Virus record (IMG/VR): IMGVR_UViG_3300017565_000025
Span: 1-46,474 of that record
From: a virus
Lineage: Duplodnaviria; Caudoviricetes
Length of the DNA: 46,474 nt
Strand: one strand, 5' to 3'
How positions within the stretch are numbered: position 1 is the stretch's first letter; every line of letters starts with the position of its first letter. The position numbers and the translations under genes are program-made. Of the stretch, positions 42,746 to 46,474 are shown one piece after another. Below the pieces are notes generated by a model. The model saw only the letters and a list, made by a program, of their open reading frames with translations, was not told the origin of the DNA and did no database searches.

Positions 42746-43186
42746 ATGCGCCCCAGCCCCTTCCCCCTGAACATGCCCGAGGCCGAGCGCCGGAAGGTGT
42801 CCCAGCAGCGGTATGCGGTCCTCATGGGCCAGATCGGCACGCTGGCAAGCGCCATCGGCTGGGACGCCGCCTATGTGGAGCCGCACCAACGGGCGCTGGC
42901 TGAGTGCATCCAGAAGCTGGCTGGCTTGGACCTGCACCGGATCGGTCTCCCCGCCGAGGCTTGGGAAGGCGAGAAGATCACCTCGAACCTCTACGGGATT
43001 GCGGTGGCGGTTGATCCGCTGATCAAGGCCATCGGTGACGAGGCCGCCAGCAGCTTCAACATTCCGGCCGGCGAGCTGGCGCGCAATTTCGAGGATCAGG
43101 TTCTCGGCGCTCTCGACGGCAATGCCACCCACACCGTTGTGGAAGCCGCGAAGGCTTTCGTGGCGCAAGGCCGGGAGGTCGCGTGA
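42746..43186 (+). CDS. First early gene, hypothetical
   Basis: GGGAGA RBS; directly after the PL-like promoter. Confidence 0.75.
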   Translation: MRPSPFPLNMPEAERRKVSQQRYAVLMGQIGTLASAIGWDAAYVEPHQRALAECIQKLAGLDLHRIGLPAEAWEGEKITSNLYGIAVAVDPLIKAIGDEAASSFNIPAGELARNFEDQVLGALDGNATHTVVEAAKAFVAQGREVA

Positions 43187-43311
43187 TGCGCACCCTCCTT
43201 CTCGAACCACTGCGTGAACTGGCCCGTCCCGGCACGCTGGGCGAACTGGCCGCCCTCAGCCTGTTCTTCGCGATGGGCTTCGTCTGGCTGGCGCTGGGAG
43301 CGGTGCAATGA
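43186..43311 (+). CDS. 41-aa single-TM micropeptide; not in the ORF track
   Basis: MRTLLLEPLRELARPGTLGELAALSLFFAMGFVWLALGAVQ*; GGGAGG RBS; TGATG and ATGA coupling. Confidence 0.65.
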   Translation: MRTLLLEPLRELARPGTLGELAALSLFFAMGFVWLALGAVQ

Positions 43312-43448
43312 ACGCCACCCTCCCGCCCATGGACCTGCCTCGGGTCGCCTATCGCCGCCCTCGCTGGGAAGTCGCCGCCGTTGCTGGCGCGCTCGGCCTC
43401 GCTATCGGGCTCCTGGTTGCCGCCATCGTCATGAAGGGATGCTCATGA
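43308..43448 (+). CDS. 46-aa single-TM micropeptide; not in the ORF track
   Basis: MNATLPPMDLPRVAYRRPRWEVAAVAGALGLAIGLLVAAIVMKGCS*; GGGAG RBS; ATGA coupling on both sides. Confidence 0.65.
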   Translation: MNATLPPMDLPRVAYRRPRWEVAAVAGALGLAIGLLVAAIVMKGCS

Positions 43449-43699
43449 TGCATACGACGCTGGACCGCGTGCGCGCCGTGATCGCTGACACTATGGGCAC
43501 GACGCCCGACAAGATCGACGCAAATGCCCACCTCATCGACGACATCGGGTGCGACTCCCTCGACTACGTCGAGATCACGATCGGGCTCGAAAAAGAATTT
43601 GCAGTCCATATCCCCGACCGCGACGTCGAACATCTCCACCGCGTCAGCGAAATTGTGGCTGCCATTGATCGGCTGCTGGCTGAACGGGTGCCGGCATGA
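43445..43699 (+). CDS. Acyl carrier protein (phage-encoded)
   Basis: RVRAVIAD...DDIGCDSLDYVEITIGLEKEFAVHIPD; phosphopantetheine Ser in GxDSL. Confidence 0.9.
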   Translation: MMHTTLDRVRAVIADTMGTTPDKIDANAHLIDDIGCDSLDYVEITIGLEKEFAVHIPDRDVEHLHRVSEIVAAIDRLLAERVPA

Positions 43700-44610
43700 G
43701 CATCACCGTGAAGCAATGGGACGGGAAGCCGATCAGCGAGCCGGGGATATATGCCGGCGTGCCGATGTCGGCCTACCACGGCGCTCGCCTCTGCAATGCG
43801 CCCAGCGTGTCGTCATCGGGGCTACGGACGATCATGTCCAAGAGCCCGGCGCATTACTGGTGCGAGAGCCCATACAACCCGGATCGGATCGACCAGAAGG
43901 AAGTCGATGCGCTGGTGCTGGGCCGGGCCGCGCATCACCTGCTGCTAGGCGAGGACGACTTCTCAACGCAGTTCATCACCCGGCCGGACAAGTTCGATAG
44001 CTGGCGCACGGCCGCGGCGAAGGACTGGAAGACCGAGCAGGAAGCGCAGGGCCGCACGGTGCTGCTGCCGTCGCAGCTTGAGCAGATCCGGGGCATGGCG
44101 CGCGGCCTTGCCGGCAATGCTCTGGTGCGCGCCGGAATCCTCAACGGCGAGATCGAGCAGACCATCACATGGCGCTGCAAGGACACCGGGGTCTGGCTCA
44201 AGTCTCGGCCGGACGCGATCCCGAATGACTCGGGCGACTTCGCCGACCTCAAAACCACCACCAGCGTTCAGACCGCGGACCTCGCCCGGACCATCGCGGA
44301 ATACGGCTACCACCAGCAAGCCGCCCTGATCGCCTCTGGCTGGCACGCCCTCACCGGCCGAGACCTTGCCAGCTTCTCGTTCGTCTTCGTGGAGAAGGCT
44401 CCGCCCTACTGCGTCCGCATCGTCACCTTGCGGGACGAGGACCTGGCACGCGGGGAACGGCAGAACATGCTCGCGATCCGCACCTTTGCTCGCTGCATGG
44501 AGACCGGCGAGTGGCCCGGGCCCGGCTCGACCGATGCTGAATACCTCAGTCTTCCCGAGTGGAAGCAGAAGCAGATCGACCACCAGATTGAACAGGCGGA
44601 GGCCGCGTGA
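43696..44610 (+). CDS. RecE/exonuclease VIII-like PD-(D/E)xK nuclease (DUF3799-like)
   Basis: SSSGL..SPAHY, LGRAAH, KSRPD, DLKTT, YGYHQQAA, FVFVEKAPPY. Confidence 0.88.
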   Translation: MSITVKQWDGKPISEPGIYAGVPMSAYHGARLCNAPSVSSSGLRTIMSKSPAHYWCESPYNPDRIDQKEVDALVLGRAAHHLLLGEDDFSTQFITRPDKFDSWRTAAAKDWKTEQEAQGRTVLLPSQLEQIRGMARGLAGNALVRAGILNGEIEQTITWRCKDTGVWLKSRPDAIPNDSGDFADLKTTTSVQTADLARTIAEYGYHQQAALIASGWHALTGRDLASFSFVFVEKAPPYCVRIVTLRDEDLARGERQNMLAIRTFARCMETGEWPGPGSTDAEYLSLPEWKQKQIDHQIEQAEAA

Positions 44611-45716
44611 TGGCGTTTGATGTCGCCAAGATTCAGGACCGGATCGACTTGACGGCCGCGAGCGGCGTTGTCGTATCCGACGAGACCGGCGGAATTCGCT
44701 TCCAGAATATGCTGGAGGTGCTTGAATTCAGCAAAATGATGGCGGTTGCCGATACGGCAGTGCCAAAGCACCTGCGCGGCAATCCCGGCATGTGCCTTGC
44801 CGTCTGCGTGCAGGCACTGGAATGGCGGTTCTCACCCTTCGCGGTGGCGAACAAATCCTATGTCGTGAATGACCGGATCGGCTACGAGTCCCAGCTTGTC
44901 CATGCCGTCATCGAGCAGCGGGCGCCGATCACCGGCCGGCTCCGGCACAAGTTCGATGGCGAGGGTGACGACCGCCGCTGCATCGTCACCGCAACTCTGC
45001 GGGAGACCGGAGAGACGCTGGAATATGTCTCGCCGCCGATCAGCAAGATCAATCCGAAGAACTCCCCGCTCTGGAAGACGAAGCCGGACCTCCAGCTTTA
45101 CTACAACACCAGCCGCGACTTCTGCCGCGCCTATTTCCCGGACGTGCTGCTGGGTGTCTACAGCCAGGATGAGCTGCGCGACCACGTCGGCCCGGACAAC
45201 GCCAAGGACGTGACGGCAAAGCCGGACGTCGGCAGCCGGCTTAAGGGCAACAAAGGCCGCGGCTTCTCGGCGCAGCATGTCGAGCGCGAGACGCGGGGCG
45301 TGGTGGATCAGGCCGCCTCCGAACCGGCCACGGAAACATCAGAGGATGCAGCGTCCAATACCGTGGACGCAGGGGCGACGCAGGACTCGGAGCAGCCGGT
45401 CGCCCCCACCAATCAGGAATCGTCCGGACCAGATACCGGCGATGAGGGGCAGGCTGGCGATGGCACCGCAAGCGTCGCCGGCCTGCTGCCCGAAGGATGG
45501 GAGCGTTCCTATGCGGATGCGCTGCGGCAGGCCGCGAAGAAGGACTCGCTTGAAAAGCTGGGTAAGCGGTTCTGGGCCGATCACAGCACGACATGGGAGC
45601 AGGTGCGAGAGACCGAGCACGCGAACACTGCGTCTGCGATCTTCTCCGCCTTCTGGGATCACTTCGGGAAGCCAGAAGCCCTCGACGCCGTGCTCCGTGA
45701 ACTGGGAGCGGCGTGA
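44607..45716 (+). CDS. recT: RecT-family single-strand annealing protein
   Basis: VPKHLRGNPGMCLAVCVQA..W..SPFAVA, GYESQL, PLWKTKPDLQL, PDVLLGVY. Confidence 0.85.
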   Translation: MMAFDVAKIQDRIDLTAASGVVVSDETGGIRFQNMLEVLEFSKMMAVADTAVPKHLRGNPGMCLAVCVQALEWRFSPFAVANKSYVVNDRIGYESQLVHAVIEQRAPITGRLRHKFDGEGDDRRCIVTATLRETGETLEYVSPPISKINPKNSPLWKTKPDLQLYYNTSRDFCRAYFPDVLLGVYSQDELRDHVGPDNAKDVTAKPDVGSRLKGNKGRGFSAQHVERETRGVVDQAASEPATETSEDAASNTVDAGATQDSEQPVAPTNQESSGPDTGDEGQAGDGTASVAGLLPEGWERSYADALRQAAKKDSLEKLGKRFWADHSTTWEQVRETEHANTASAIFSAFWDHFGKPEALDAVLRELGAA

Positions 45717-46411
45717 TGAACCTGCTCTTTATCGACATCGAATCCTCCGATCTCCCCCGCCCGGGGGCCACCCAGCCGTGGATCGTGCAAGTCGCGGCAG
45801 AACTTGAATACGGCGACGGCTCGCCCTCGGAGATGATGTGCTTTCGCATCCGCGCCGATGGGCGGACAATCCGGCCCGGTGCGCAGAACGTCCATGGGAT
45901 CAGCACCGGCATGGCCGGCCGGTCTGGGATCAATGAGGGCCTTGTCCTGTCCAACCTCTGCGGCCTTGCGGCGGTCGCTGATGCGGTTGTCCATCACGGC
46001 AAGGACTTCGACCGGGACATGGTCGCAAGCGCCCTGACGCGGCTCCCAGAGCGCGAGACGGCCATTGGTGCGCTGGACTGGCTGGCAACGATCAAGTCCT
46101 GCGAAACCGGCGAAGCCATGGGGCGGGTGCTCCGAGCCTTCGTCAACGACTCCAGGATGCTTGAACAAGCGTGGCTGCGCCCCGGCTTGGAGTTCGTCTC
46201 AACGATGGACGCGGCAACGCCGTTCTGCCGGCTGCCCGGCACGCACGAGAGCGGCGGCTATAAATGGCCCAGCCTCGATGAGGCGTGCGAGCAACTGCTC
46301 GAAATGGAGCCCCGCGCCGGCCACCACAACGCCTGGGACGACGTCCAGCGTTGCAAGCGGCTCTATCACTGGCTGCGGGATCAGCGGGCATTCGAGAGGG
46401 CGGCGGCATGA
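45713..46411 (+). CDS. DEDDh 3'-5' exonuclease (DnaQ-like)
   Basis: FIDIES, VHGI, HGKDFD, YKWPSL, HNAWDDV. Confidence 0.85.
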   Translation: MMNLLFIDIESSDLPRPGATQPWIVQVAAELEYGDGSPSEMMCFRIRADGRTIRPGAQNVHGISTGMAGRSGINEGLVLSNLCGLAAVADAVVHHGKDFDRDMVASALTRLPERETAIGALDWLATIKSCETGEAMGRVLRAFVNDSRMLEQAWLRPGLEFVSTMDAATPFCRLPGTHESGGYKWPSLDEACEQLLEMEPRAGHHNAWDDVQRCKRLYHWLRDQRAFERAAA

Positions 46412-46474
46412 TGGCGCCATCCAGTTACCTCGGGCCAGGTGTCCGCGTTGGGCTTCTAACAATCATCGGAAGAA
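46408..46474 (+). CDS. Partial ORF truncated by the window end
   Basis: ATGA-coupled start, MMAPSSYLGPGVRVGLLTIIGR... Confidence 0.45.
   Translation, partial: MMAPSSYLGPGVRVGLLTIIGR

Larger units (their letters stand above)
124..46474. mobile_element. Temperate prophage (lambda-like head, Mu-like contractile tail) next to tRNA-Lys; continues beyond the window
   Basis: Contiguous lysis, tail, head, packaging, replication, immunity and recombination modules directly after the tRNA 3' end; integrase and second att not visible. Confidence 0.95.

Noticed and set aside
1-46474. CRISPR array, IS element, integrase, Mu-type transposase
   Set aside because: None recognisable; the Mu-like genes are structural only, and the integrase is presumably beyond the right edge.

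Overview
The window is almost entirely a temperate prophage in a GC-rich alphaproteobacterial genome, probably Hyphomicrobiales (GcrA homolog, GTTC-N7-GTTC LexA boxes). It sits directly 3' of a tRNA-Lys(UUU) gene at 48-123 and runs off the right edge; the integrase and second att site are not in the window. From left to right: an att-proximal accessory cassette with three LexA boxes and an SRAP gene; a lysis module; tail fibre/spike genes; a Mu-like contractile tail and baseplate, including a -1 frameshifted chaperone; a lambda-like head and packaging module with a putative cos; a DUF6362-like late regulator; DnaB, primase and a RuvC-like gene; a GcrA/methyltransferase/GapR-like cluster; a cro/cI switch with six TAGG-N6-CCTA operators; lysogen-expressed morons; and an early operon with two membrane micropeptides, an acyl carrier protein, a RecE-like nuclease, RecT and a DEDDh exonuclease. 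The best candidates for undescribed biology are a ~450-nt non-coding element with mutually exclusive long-range helices (42186-42650), the adjacent RexAB-like soluble-plus-membrane gene pair (40657-42074), the phage ACP with coupled micropeptides, the LexA-controlled SRAP cassette, and the cell-cycle-regulator cluster. All family assignments come from motif recognition by eye; no database search was run.
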